This document shows positions 24,773 through 33,194 of a DNA stretch of 35,119 nucleotides, piece by piece. Position numbers and translations under genes: made by a program. The stretch comes from a virus (lineage: Duplodnaviria > Caudoviricetes). The notes beneath the pieces were generated by a model, which was not told the origin of the DNA, searched no databases, and saw only the letters and a list, made by a program, of their open reading frames with translations. The DNA lies in IMG/VR virus record IMGVR_UViG_3300037313_000296, positions 1 to 35,119 of that record. One strand, 5' to 3'. The stretch's first letter is position 1, and every line of letters starts with the position of its first letter.

Positions 24773-26095
24773 GTGCTGATTCCTGCAAAAATCGGCTTGA
24801 GCATGGCTGTGATAGGCGGGTACGTGGCGATCAAGTACTTGCTGACTCCGAAGATCCGGCGAGAGGCTGAGGAGACCAAGGCCCTGCTGGTCGAAGCCCT
24901 CGAACTGTCCAAGATCGAAACTAGGGCAGACGACGAGATCCACCGACCGGAGGTGTGGGGCTTGGAGCGCACCCGGTACGGCTGGAAGGCTCAGGTTCGA
25001 CTGCCCAAGGGGTTCACGGTAGAGGCTTTCAAGAAAAAGCTGGGCGCCATTGAGCAGGCCACGGTCTCGAAGATCGACGTCCAGCACGTTAAGGGCCGGG
25101 AGATCTTGCTGAAGCTGGGAATGAAGCCCCTACGGGATCGGATGGACTATGACGACTCTCTCCTAGTTCTGGGGGAACTGAGCCTACCCTACTTCACGCC
25201 GTTTGGCGTCCGGCACCTGAACTTCAGCGACGAGGCGTGTTGTCACCTGATTGTCGCCGGAGCTACCCGGATGGGCAAGACCGTCTTCCTTCGGCTCCTC
25301 TTCACTCACCTGCTTCGGGCAACATCAGGAAAGGTCAAATTCTATTATGTCAACAACAAGCTGGAGGACTACTATCCACTGGCAGGGGTGCCCCAAATCC
25401 CCAAGCCTGCTGAGTCCACAGCCGATGCCTTCGCCATGCTGAACAGCGCCCGGCAGGAGATCGCCGCTCGAAAGGAAAAGCTCCGGGCCAGCCGAGATTC
25501 GGTCAACGTCCGGCAGTACAACGAGAAGCACCCAGACGATCCAATCCCGCCGTTGTTCGTTGTCTTCGACGAGTATGGGAGATTCGCTGAAGATGACGAC
25601 CTTCAAGACATCGTAACTGAGATCGCAGAGACAGCCGGATACCTTGACGTTCATCTCGTCATCGCCACGCAAAGACCGGATGCGACGACCGTATTAAAGC
25701 CCCGGATTCGGGCAAACATTCTAACGAGAGTCTGCTTCCAAACAGCCGATGAGAAGAACAGCGAAATCGTCGTGCATGTACCCGACGCCTATCACCTCAG
25801 TTCCATCAGGGGCCGGGCAGTTGTCCTCGACGGGATGCCGATGCTGGCTCAGATCCCCTACATCTCGGAGGACCGGGCGATGGAATTGCTTCAACCATTC
25901 AGGAGTGAACAAGATGTTGAACCAGAGAGACCAGATGATTTTGGACTATCTTCGGCACTTCCGGGTTTTGTCAAGGGACCAGTTAGGCCAGCTAGTATGC
26001 CCGGAACTGGCAAGGCCATGGGCTACGGTGAACCGGATTATGAAGCGCCTCGACCGAGACGGCCTCGTAACAACCGTACCCCGGCCCAAAGATGA
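24773..26095 (+). CDS. Membrane-anchored FtsK/SpoIIIE-family ATPase
   Basis: N-terminal TM helix; HLIVAGATRMGKT Walker A, FVVFDEY Walker B, VIATQRPD and IRAN motifs; GTG start with RBS AGAGGTGA. Confidence 0.92.
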   Translation: MLIPAKIGLSMAVIGGYVAIKYLLTPKIRREAEETKALLVEALELSKIETRADDEIHRPEVWGLERTRYGWKAQVRLPKGFTVEAFKKKLGAIEQATVSKIDVQHVKGREILLKLGMKPLRDRMDYDDSLLVLGELSLPYFTPFGVRHLNFSDEACCHLIVAGATRMGKTVFLRLLFTHLLRATSGKVKFYYVNNKLEDYYPLAGVPQIPKPAESTADAFAMLNSARQEIAARKEKLRASRDSVNVRQYNEKHPDDPIPPLFVVFDEYGRFAEDDDLQDIVTEIAETAGYLDVHLVIATQRPDATTVLKPRIRANILTRVCFQTADEKNSEIVVHVPDAYHLSSIRGRAVVLDGMPMLAQIPYISEDRAMELLQPFRSEQDVEPERPDDFGLSSALPGFVKGPVRPASMPGTGKAMGYGEPDYEAPRPRRPRNNRTPAQR

Positions 26096-26483
26096 GTGCT
26101 ATCTCTACATGCCAAACCCGGTCCTAATCCACACAGAATCAGCTAAGATCCGGCACTTCCTTGCGATCGCTGACTTCTACATCCGACTTGGATGCCCAGA
26201 GATCTACGAAGTCGAGCCACAGTTCGACGCCGAATACATTCCAGATGCGTACACCCGGCTCGGGCCAAACGGTGAGGCCATTCTAATCGAGGTCCAGCGA
26301 TCGCACATCAGCCATAAGCAGATGCAGAAGAAGATCGACGGGTTTGTCAAGACCTACAAACTGGGAAAGCATGATGCCCGAACAATGTACCTCGTAACCG
26401 ACGAGAACTTTCGGTTTGCGGTGCCCGAGGGGTTCCGGGTCGAGCGGATTGCCCTGAAAGAGCAGAAGCAGGGGGTATCGTAG
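25914..26483 (+). CDS. Replication-relaxation (Replic_Relax-like) protein: winged HTH plus PD-(D/E)xK-like domain
   Basis: RDQMILDYLRHFRVLSRDQL wHTH, HFLAIADFY, IPDAY...IEVQRS; ATG 25914 with RBS AGGAGTGA inside the ATPase gene. Confidence 0.8.
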   Translation: MLNQRDQMILDYLRHFRVLSRDQLGQLVCPELARPWATVNRIMKRLDRDGLVTTVPRPKDECYLYMPNPVLIHTESAKIRHFLAIADFYIRLGCPEIYEVEPQFDAEYIPDAYTRLGPNGEAILIEVQRSHISHKQMQKKIDGFVKTYKLGKHDARTMYLVTDENFRFAVPEGFRVERIALKEQKQGVS

Positions 26484-26510
26484 GTACTCCCTGCTCCAGT
26501 TCTCCCAGCC

Positions 26511-26536
26511 AGCGGCCTAAAGTGGGGCCGCTTTTT
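26511..26536 (+). terminator. Terminator closing the FtsK-Replic_Relax cassette
   Basis: AGCGGCC-TAAAGTGG-GGCCGCT-TTTT; a second 13-bp hairpin at 26467-26495. Confidence 0.75.
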
Positions 26537-26540
26537 CGAT

Positions 26541-26864
26541 TTATGAACTAATCTTGCGGACTGGAGTCCCGATCGGCAACGGCTCGACTCCGAGCTTTCG
26601 AAGGCGCCGGGCTATCCAACGATAGGTATACCCAGTCCTCTTGGCTACCCGGCTGGGACTCCTCAGTTCTTCGTAGAGCTTGAGAAGGTCCTCGTCTGAC
26701 CACCGATCCCGCCGATTGTACCCCAACTGCTTCAGTCGATAGTACAGGGTACTCTTGTGCGGGTAGCCCGTCTGGTCCAAGGTCTTCTTGATGTTGCGCC
26801 CGGTTTCCAGCCAGATCCGCAAAAGGTCCTCATCACTGACGAGCTTCGGGCGCCCCGCCGCCAT
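26541..26864 (-). CDS. Tandem HTH DNA-binding protein
   Basis: Two repeats SDEDLL....TGY....Y/A.RL..LG (Fis-like HTH). Confidence 0.75.
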   Translation of the reverse strand: MAAGRPKLVSDEDLLRIWLETGRNIKKTLDQTGYPHKSTLYYRLKQLGYNRRDRWSDEDLLKLYEELRSPSRVAKRTGYTYRWIARRLRKLGVEPLPIGTPVRKISS

Positions 26865-29051
26865 TTATGCCACCACCTTTTTCTTCTCTGCCCAGTTCGT
26901 CTCGGTGAACTCGACTTCAGCCACGATCGGAACCATGATGTCCGGGGCATCCTCCATGATCCGCTTGATCTCAGCGATGGCCCAGTCAGCACCCTCAGCC
27001 ACTTCGAACTGGAGTTCATCGTGGACACAAAGCTCCATCACGACCTGCTCATCAAGGTCGTTCTTGACGATGAACTCGTCAATCTCGATCATCTTCTCTT
27101 TGAGCATGTCAGCGCATGACCCTTGAATCAGGTAGTTCGCCAGCTTGTAGTGCTTGTTCCAGTTCGATAGGTAGTACCGACGACCGGACATGTTGGCGAC
27201 GTAGCCCTGCTGACGTGCCGACGAGACGACTTGATCTTGGTAGACCACAACAACTGGGAAAGCGTCTGTGTAGCCCTTGTTCATGGCCTTGGCCTGCTCA
27301 AGCGTGATGTCCAGCGTTTCGGACGCCTTCTGGTCGCCGCCGCCGTAGTTCCGCATGAAGTTGAAGGTCTTGCCCTTCTTGCGCCACCACTTAACGACAT
27401 CCTTCTCCATCTCGTCCGGGTTCAGGCCCATCGCAACGAGGGCCTTGAGAGTGGTCGCCATATGGACATCGGTCGGAACCCACGGCTTTCCGGTGTCCGG
27501 ATTGGTCCAAGCCGACCAGCCCTTCTCCAAGGCTTCCTCCCAGTGGAGGCCAGCCGGGGCGCCCTTCCTCAGTTCTCCCCAGCGGGACCGACCGACAACT
27601 GTTCGATAGTCATACTCCTCGTTGGATTCATAATGCGTACAGCGATAAGGCATGTAGGCTCGGCACAGGTTGACATCTCCACCGAAGTAGAGAGTATAGT
27701 GACCTTGCACCCGCAACTCCACTTGAGAGTAGTCGAGATAGTACATCCGACCTTCAAAAGCTCGCCGGGGGTGGTAAAGTACCATCTCTTCTGGAACGTG
27801 TTGGTTGGGGTGCTGTCGCTCAAACTCGTAACCCTCCTCCGTGTAGATGGGGTCTTTGGGGAACTGTTGGGCATCACCAGAGAATCGACCGGAGACCGGG
27901 TTGAACTGGTTCATGGAGGTGTAGAACCGACCGTCATAGGCCGACACTTCCAAGATCCGTTCGATGTAGGTCTTCAGCCACTTTTCCAAGCGGCGCAGAC
28001 GAGAGATCAGGGCCGCAGACTCATCGCCCTTGTCGGCCATCTTCTTCAAGAACTTCTTGTCGGTAGACTCCGGCTCCTCACCAAGGAGTTCTGTGTAGAT
28101 CTCCCTGATTCTCTTGTGCTGTCCAACCGTGAACTCGGACCCCGACAGAAGATGGAGCTTCACATACAGCTTTTGGATGTATTCTTCCATCTTTTTGCCG
28201 CACTCTTGCAGGTAATCCCGGTTGACCTTGATCCCGGCCCGTTCCATCTTGTAGACGACAGGCAGGACTCGGAACTCCCGGTCAATGGTCTTCCCCTGCT
28301 TGCGGAAGGCGATCACCGGGCCAGCCTTTTCGACGAGCATCTGGGTCAGGATTACGTCCACCGCAAGGTACGGAATCATCAGGTCAAGAGGTACGTCCTG
28401 ATAGGTCGGCTTCGGGTAGTGCTGGCGCCACTCGTTGTAAACGTTCAGGACTGCCTCGGGCAGGGTCCCATCATCCAAAGCAGACTGGAACCGCTTCATC
28501 GACCACTTGCCGCCCTCATCCTTGATGCCAGCAAGCAGGGCAATCAGGAGCTTCCGGTTGGCGGCTTCCTTCGCCTTCAGCCAAGCCTTGACATCCTTCT
28601 CGTACCTGTCAGCGTTCTTGTCGATGTACTTCTTGCCGACCTCCTTCAGGCCGAGCTTATCGCCGCCATCTCGGGCAGAGATGGCCTCGAAGGTCAGTCG
28701 GCAAAGCCCCATCGTGTCACCCCAGTTCTTAATCTGGAGTGGGAACTTGTCGCCCATGATGTTTGCAACCATGTGCATGTCGTAGGTGACGTTATGCCCG
28801 TAGACCCGACGAACTAGGGTAGACCACACGAACAAGAACCGCAGGATCTCAGCGATAGCCGGGAAGATGTAGACCACGTTGCCGAAGCAGACGCCAGCAA
28901 GGAAAGGACGATCCTTCTTGATGTGCAAGCCCGTGGTCTCCGTATCGAAGGTGAAGAAGGTCGGCTTGCTGGTCGAGAGGGCCTGACTGATCTCAAAGGC
29001 GTTGGTCGTGTAGATAACCTCGTACTCTCGACCAGCAATCGTTATGACCAC
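26865..29051 (-). CDS. polA: Family A DNA polymerase with 3'-5' exonuclease
   Basis: FDTETTGL, HNVTYD and YLAVD exonuclease motifs; DYSQVELR (A), RKKGKTFNFMRNYG (B), VHDEL (C). Confidence 0.95.
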   Translation of the reverse strand: MVITIAGREYEVIYTTNAFEISQALSTSKPTFFTFDTETTGLHIKKDRPFLAGVCFGNVVYIFPAIAEILRFLFVWSTLVRRVYGHNVTYDMHMVANIMGDKFPLQIKNWGDTMGLCRLTFEAISARDGGDKLGLKEVGKKYIDKNADRYEKDVKAWLKAKEAANRKLLIALLAGIKDEGGKWSMKRFQSALDDGTLPEAVLNVYNEWRQHYPKPTYQDVPLDLMIPYLAVDVILTQMLVEKAGPVIAFRKQGKTIDREFRVLPVVYKMERAGIKVNRDYLQECGKKMEEYIQKLYVKLHLLSGSEFTVGQHKRIREIYTELLGEEPESTDKKFLKKMADKGDESAALISRLRRLEKWLKTYIERILEVSAYDGRFYTSMNQFNPVSGRFSGDAQQFPKDPIYTEEGYEFERQHPNQHVPEEMVLYHPRRAFEGRMYYLDYSQVELRVQGHYTLYFGGDVNLCRAYMPYRCTHYESNEEYDYRTVVGRSRWGELRKGAPAGLHWEEALEKGWSAWTNPDTGKPWVPTDVHMATTLKALVAMGLNPDEMEKDVVKWWRKKGKTFNFMRNYGGGDQKASETLDITLEQAKAMNKGYTDAFPVVVVYQDQVVSSARQQGYVANMSGRRYYLSNWNKHYKLANYLIQGSCADMLKEKMIEIDEFIVKNDLDEQVVMELCVHDELQFEVAEGADWAIAEIKRIMEDAPDIMVPIVAEVEFTETNWAEKKKVVA

Positions 29052-29053
29052 AC

Positions 29054-29320
29054 CTAGCGCCTCCCCAGCACCTTTAGCTGTTTGAGTGAGTCAAGAAGGA
29101 AGAAGATCTCGGATGCCTCGTCCTTGTCGGCAACTCCGATCGTAATAGACACCCACTGACCTTCCATATCGGGTCGCGGTTCACAGGCGACAGGAAACTC
29201 CTTCAAGATCTGAGTTGCCAAGCGTTTTGCAAGCTCATTCTTAACGGCAGACTCCACATCATAATTTGCCGATTCTAGCTCACGGTCAGATACAAACGCA
29301 GATATCGACAACTTTTTCAT
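29054..29320 (-). CDS. Hypothetical protein
   Basis: ATG with AAGAGG RBS; fills the gap upstream of polA. Confidence 0.7.
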   Translation of the reverse strand: MKKLSISAFVSDRELESANYDVESAVKNELAKRLATQILKEFPVACEPRPDMEGQWVSITIGVADKDEASEIFFLLDSLKQLKVLGRR

Positions 29321-29322
29321 GT

Positions 29323-29424
29323 CTAACCTCTTCCTTTCTGGATCAGACTGTAGAGAGCGGCTAGGCCGATCCCAACGACCCAGCCGCTCAAGACTACATC
29401 AAGAAACCAGTTTTCGAGACTCAT
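29323..29424 (-). CDS. 33-aa single-pass membrane peptide (MSLENWFLDVVLSGWVVGIGLAALYSLIQKGRG)
   Basis: ATGA overlap with the primase stop; exactly fills the intergenic gap; hydrophobic core plus basic tail. Confidence 0.65.
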   Translation of the reverse strand: MSLENWFLDVVLSGWVVGIGLAALYSLIQKGRG

Positions 29425-32261
29425 ATAAACGCTCCACCCTGCTGTGATAGTGGGGTCATCTTCTGCTTGTCGATGCTATTTGCGTAGGCATCTCGGGCCT
29501 TGCGGAATCGGAGGGTCGGCATCACGCCGTTCTTAGTGGTCTCAACCAGCCCGTGCCGAACCATGTTCGAGATCGCGTCGTCAAAGACCTTGGAGTCGAG
29601 GCCGCAGACGGTACGCAACTGGGGAAGGCTGATCTCTGAAGCCCGAGAAAGCGTCTTCATCAGCATCGCCTGCCCATGTACCAATCCGGCGAAGACGTTG
29701 TTGACTTCTTCGTTCGTGGTCGTGGTCATCTTCTGCTGTTCGGCATATTCGGGAAGCCGGAAGACATCGTTATCGTAGCATCGGACAAGATAGTCTCTTG
29801 CCCAATCCACATGCTCCTTTTGAACGAGGACCCTTTCCCCAGTTCCATCGTGGCTGAAACAACAGGCCGCAACTGAAACAGCAATACGGGCCAGCTTCTT
29901 GTGCGCTTCGGCACCGAAGAACTTGACATCTGTGTCATACTTCTCATTTAGCTCCTGAGCAACCTGCCAGATGTACTCTTCCACACCGGGGAAGAAGAGA
30001 ACCTGATCAGCAGTTCGACTCCAAGCCCAGTAGACCAAATTCCGGTAGGGCGTATTGTCGATCTCTACGGCCTCTTCCTTCGATGTGAAGGGTGAGATGT
30101 AGACCTCGATGTTTGGAAGGATCACGACAGCATCAAACCGAGCCACATCTTCGTCCGATCCGATCAGATCCAACACGATCTGGACCCCGGTCGGGTAGAG
30201 GTTAATGTTCCGGCTCTTGCCGTCTGACTGAACCCGAGGGTTCGAGATCCAGCCCAGCCGGACCTTTGCCGGGGCCGCACCGTTCACGATCTTCTCCAGC
30301 CGGGCGATCCGCTCCGACCGGAGTGCTGTCAAGGTTGACATAACTCCCATCGGCATGCCGGATAGCTCGTCGAGGAGAAGCAGGCCCTTGTGGTTCCGGG
30401 GGATCTTGCCCCACCGGATGCGATGGGCGCCGGACGGGAGCTTGTCGGCGCCGCCCAGCAAGCCAGCCGTGGTCGCCGTCTTGCACTCGGTCAGGTTCCC
30501 AAGACCGAGGAACTGCATCCACTTCTTGGCTGTGTCGGTCTTACCCGTTCGGGAAGGGCCGATAATCAAGATCTCGGGATGGCCCTTCATCAGCTTGCCA
30601 GCATACCGGAAATCAAGGATCGAGTGGTAGAGGATGTTGACCGTTTCGACAACGGAAGCTGGGGCGAAGGGGCCGACGATTCGCTTGGCTACGTCGAGAC
30701 GCTTCTGCATGACCTCAACCGGATGGCCTTGGAACTGGGAGAGTTCTGTGATGGTCTCAGGCGTCAACTTGAACGTGTTGACAGCGTTGTCGGACTCCTC
30801 AACCCGATCAACAACCGAGACGATTTGCTGAGTCTTGGGGTGAGGGTAACGCCGGAAGTAGATTCGATAGCGTTGCCCATCCTCAAGATCAAGGCCGATC
30901 ACATAAGAGTAATGCTCAGTAGCCCGGAAACCACTCAGTTCATCCTCCGTCTCAGCGTCCGGAGCGAAGATCACCTTTTGAACGTGCTTCTTCTCTCGCC
31001 GGGACTTCCAGACGCCGGGACACTTCGGGGGCAGGCCGATCATTCGGTTGATCGCTGACTCCTGAGCTTTTTCGTCAACCTCAACCAGCTTCAAAACATC
31101 GTTGAGATTGTGGTCCTCCAGTATCCACCAGCCGGATTGCTCTTTGAGCGGGCAGACTTGGCAAGGTGAACCCTCTACGTCAAGGATAGGACGATTGCAC
31201 TTCCACTCGATTGCCGTTGGTGTTTCCATCGGCATGTCGAACTTACCCATCATGATCACCCGGCTAGAGATCCGCTTGCCGGAGAACTCACCGTGGTTGA
31301 CCTGCCAAAGATCAACCAGTGGGTAGTGCTCGTTCTTGGCCTGCTGGAACATCTCGCCCGTGTAGGGTTGAGCCGCATCAGCAACAGCTTGGAAGTCCTC
31401 AGCAGTCTTGCCGTGCTTGATGAAGAAGTCGGTAACGTCCTTATCTTCTTTAGTTCCTTGGAGGCCAAGATCCATCAGGAAGACCATCGCTCCGGCCTCA
31501 TGCAGTTTGAACGCAGTCTTTTGAGCGCCCTGCTTCCCAGCTTCGTCGCAGTCATAGCAGATGTGAACCCGCTTGCCCCTGAACAGACCGAGGAAGATGT
31601 CAGGGAAACTGCCCTCACCAAAGGTCGTTGTTACGGCATTAAAGCCCTTAATCCGAGCTAGAAGAGTGTCGTTCTCGCCAGCCGTTAAGAACGTGTCCCG
31701 AGGGTCATCCTTCCAGTGGTCGAAAGGAAAGAGGAGAGTCGAAGCCCCACTCTCCGACTTGATCTTAGGTTCGCCGGGAGCGGGGTTCATGTTGTAGGTT
31801 CGCTTATCGAGCAGGATGCCGTTGACGAAGACCGGATAGACGATCCCCGACCCAACATACCCCAGTTTGTAGGTATGGATAGCCTCAAGGGTAATGCCCC
31901 GGTTGTTCAGGTACTTGACCGCTTCGGCGTTGCTGGTGAGGTTACTAACAGCAACCTGCCAGTTGTCGATGGTCTCTGACTTGACCTCAAACTGGGACAT
32001 CATCTTGATGGCCTGTGAGTACGGAACTCCGTACCACTTGGCGATGAAGTTGGCCTCCGAAAGACCGCCGTCCGAGAACCGACCTTCTGCCATACAGGTC
32101 TTACAGTGGAAGATCGCCTTATCGATGTTCACATGAGCGGAAGGTCGGCGCTCGAAGCCCTTGGCATGCTCGAAGGGGCAAAGCACATCGGCCTCGCCAT
32201 TCGGCTTGACTTGCACCTGCCCCCGTTCCTCGAAGAAGCTACGTAGAAATTCACCTGCCAT
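29421..32261 (-). CDS. Zn-finger/TOPRIM primase fused to an MCM-like AAA+ helicase
   Basis: CPFEH...CKTC Zn finger; AGENDTL and YDCDEAG TOPRIM; second Cys cluster; GPSRTGKT, TTAGLLGG, LLLDELSGM, ISNP and ARFD MCM-type motifs. Confidence 0.85.
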   Translation of the reverse strand: MAGEFLRSFFEERGQVQVKPNGEADVLCPFEHAKGFERRPSAHVNIDKAIFHCKTCMAEGRFSDGGLSEANFIAKWYGVPYSQAIKMMSQFEVKSETIDNWQVAVSNLTSNAEAVKYLNNRGITLEAIHTYKLGYVGSGIVYPVFVNGILLDKRTYNMNPAPGEPKIKSESGASTLLFPFDHWKDDPRDTFLTAGENDTLLARIKGFNAVTTTFGEGSFPDIFLGLFRGKRVHICYDCDEAGKQGAQKTAFKLHEAGAMVFLMDLGLQGTKEDKDVTDFFIKHGKTAEDFQAVADAAQPYTGEMFQQAKNEHYPLVDLWQVNHGEFSGKRISSRVIMMGKFDMPMETPTAIEWKCNRPILDVEGSPCQVCPLKEQSGWWILEDHNLNDVLKLVEVDEKAQESAINRMIGLPPKCPGVWKSRREKKHVQKVIFAPDAETEDELSGFRATEHYSYVIGLDLEDGQRYRIYFRRYPHPKTQQIVSVVDRVEESDNAVNTFKLTPETITELSQFQGHPVEVMQKRLDVAKRIVGPFAPASVVETVNILYHSILDFRYAGKLMKGHPEILIIGPSRTGKTDTAKKWMQFLGLGNLTECKTATTAGLLGGADKLPSGAHRIRWGKIPRNHKGLLLLDELSGMPMGVMSTLTALRSERIARLEKIVNGAAPAKVRLGWISNPRVQSDGKSRNINLYPTGVQIVLDLIGSDEDVARFDAVVILPNIEVYISPFTSKEEAVEIDNTPYRNLVYWAWSRTADQVLFFPGVEEYIWQVAQELNEKYDTDVKFFGAEAHKKLARIAVSVAACCFSHDGTGERVLVQKEHVDWARDYLVRCYDNDVFRLPEYAEQQKMTTTTNEEVNNVFAGLVHGQAMLMKTLSRASEISLPQLRTVCGLDSKVFDDAISNMVRHGLVETTKNGVMPTLRFRKARDAYANSIDKQKMTPLSQQGGAFI

Positions 32262-32280
32262 AAAGACCTCTCCCCTTGGA

Positions 32281-32441
32281 TTCGCCGCTCTAACTGGGGT
32301 AAGGCGAGAGCATGGGAGGTCGGGAACTCACACCCGACTGGCCTCCTCTGCCACCCGTTACGACAGCCTATCCCTTACAGTCGGGAAGCACCCCTGCGTT
32401 GCCTCCCGCCTTACCCCAGTTACAGGGGCGAAGCCCCTGTA
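32281..32441 (-). ncRNA. Structured element between SSB and primase-helicase
   Basis: Perfect 16-bp inverted repeat TAACTGGGGTAAGGCG (32291-32306 / 32407-32422) enclosing three hairpins; competing hairpin at 32421-32441. Confidence 0.55.
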
Positions 32442-32447
32442 CGGCCC

Positions 32448-32969
32448 TTAGATGAAGGGCACATCGTCGTCGGAGCCAGTAGCCGGACCAGCCGGAGTCG
32501 TGGCGAAGGGGTCAGCCCCAGCACCCGGCACGACAGCCAGCGGAGACTTGGAGGCCATGTAGAAGGCCACCTTATCGTTGGTGTTGCCAGCCCCAGCGCC
32601 CTGCGTCTGGACCTCGTGCTTGTTCTTGATCCGGACGGACTTGTAGGCGAGGGCCTGAGCAACCTCCTGCACAGTGTTGAACTTCTGACCGTCCTCGAAG
32701 GTGACGGCCTTGGCAAGCTGTTGCCACTTCCAGATGGTGGACTCAGCGAAGATGATGTTGTCCCAGATCTTGCGCTTCTTGCCCGGCTGGTCGATGTCCT
32801 CACGGACGGTCAGGGTCAGCTTGAGTACATCGGCGCCCTTGGTCTTGTCGCCGTTGGACTTGCCGATCTCGATGCCGGAGATGACAACCTCGTACTCGCC
32901 GATCGGAAGGGGTTCGAAGGCGCCGCCCTTGGCCTCAGCATGGTTCACGGTGAAAAGACTGTTGCTCAC
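32448..32969 (-). CDS. Single-stranded DNA-binding protein (DUF669-like)
   Basis: FEPLPIGEYEVVI...LKLTLTVREDIDQ..KRKIWDNI OB-fold pattern; acidic C-tail DDDVPF. Confidence 0.85.
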   Translation of the reverse strand: MSNSLFTVNHAEAKGGAFEPLPIGEYEVVISGIEIGKSNGDKTKGADVLKLTLTVREDIDQPGKKRKIWDNIIFAESTIWKWQQLAKAVTFEDGQKFNTVQEVAQALAYKSVRIKNKHEVQTQGAGAGNTNDKVAFYMASKSPLAVVPGAGADPFATTPAGPATGSDDDVPFI

Positions 32970-33007
32970 GGTGGTTTCCTCCTTGGGTTTTGAAACCTGA
33001 CGTAGGT

Positions 33008-33037
33008 AGCATATACCAGAAACCTTGGATCTGTCAA
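33008..33037 (-). promoter_or_regulatory. sigmaA promoter upstream of SSB
   Basis: TTGACA-18-TATGCT. Confidence 0.6.
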
Positions 33038-33051
33038 CTGGGACTTTTATG

Positions 33052-33192
33052 TCAATCGTCGTTCGGATTCCGAACGGCCCCCAGCATCTCCCCCGCCAAA
33101 GCGTCGATAGCGAAAGGCGGGTAGCCGGGGAACCAGCGACGAAGGACCTTTTTGATCGCCTCTAGCTCTTTTTCCCAGAATGGGCTAGCCAT
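33052..33192 (-). CDS. Hypothetical protein (46 aa, MASPFWEKEL...)
   Basis: ATG at 33192 with AGGAG RBS just after the ATPase stop. Confidence 0.55.
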   Translation of the reverse strand: MASPFWEKELEAIKKVLRRWFPGYPPFAIDALAGEMLGAVRNPNDD

Positions 33193-33194
33193 GG

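Noticed and set aside
27470-27660. Insertion between PolA motifs A and B as a possible intein or intron
   Set aside because: Short, in-frame, with no intein C/S...HN termini or homing endonuclease motifs; likely a lineage-specific loop
27231-28817. 528-aa plus-strand ORF and other long antisense ORFs (e.g. 6254-7153, 12207-13061)
   Set aside because: Shadow frames of GC3-biased real genes; no RBS or recognisable motifs
32312-32400. tRNA gene (T-arm-like hairpin and CUGUAA loop on the minus strand)
   Set aside because: No proper acceptor stem or D-arm, T-loop is not UUCRA, and arm spacing is wrong; kept only as a structured element
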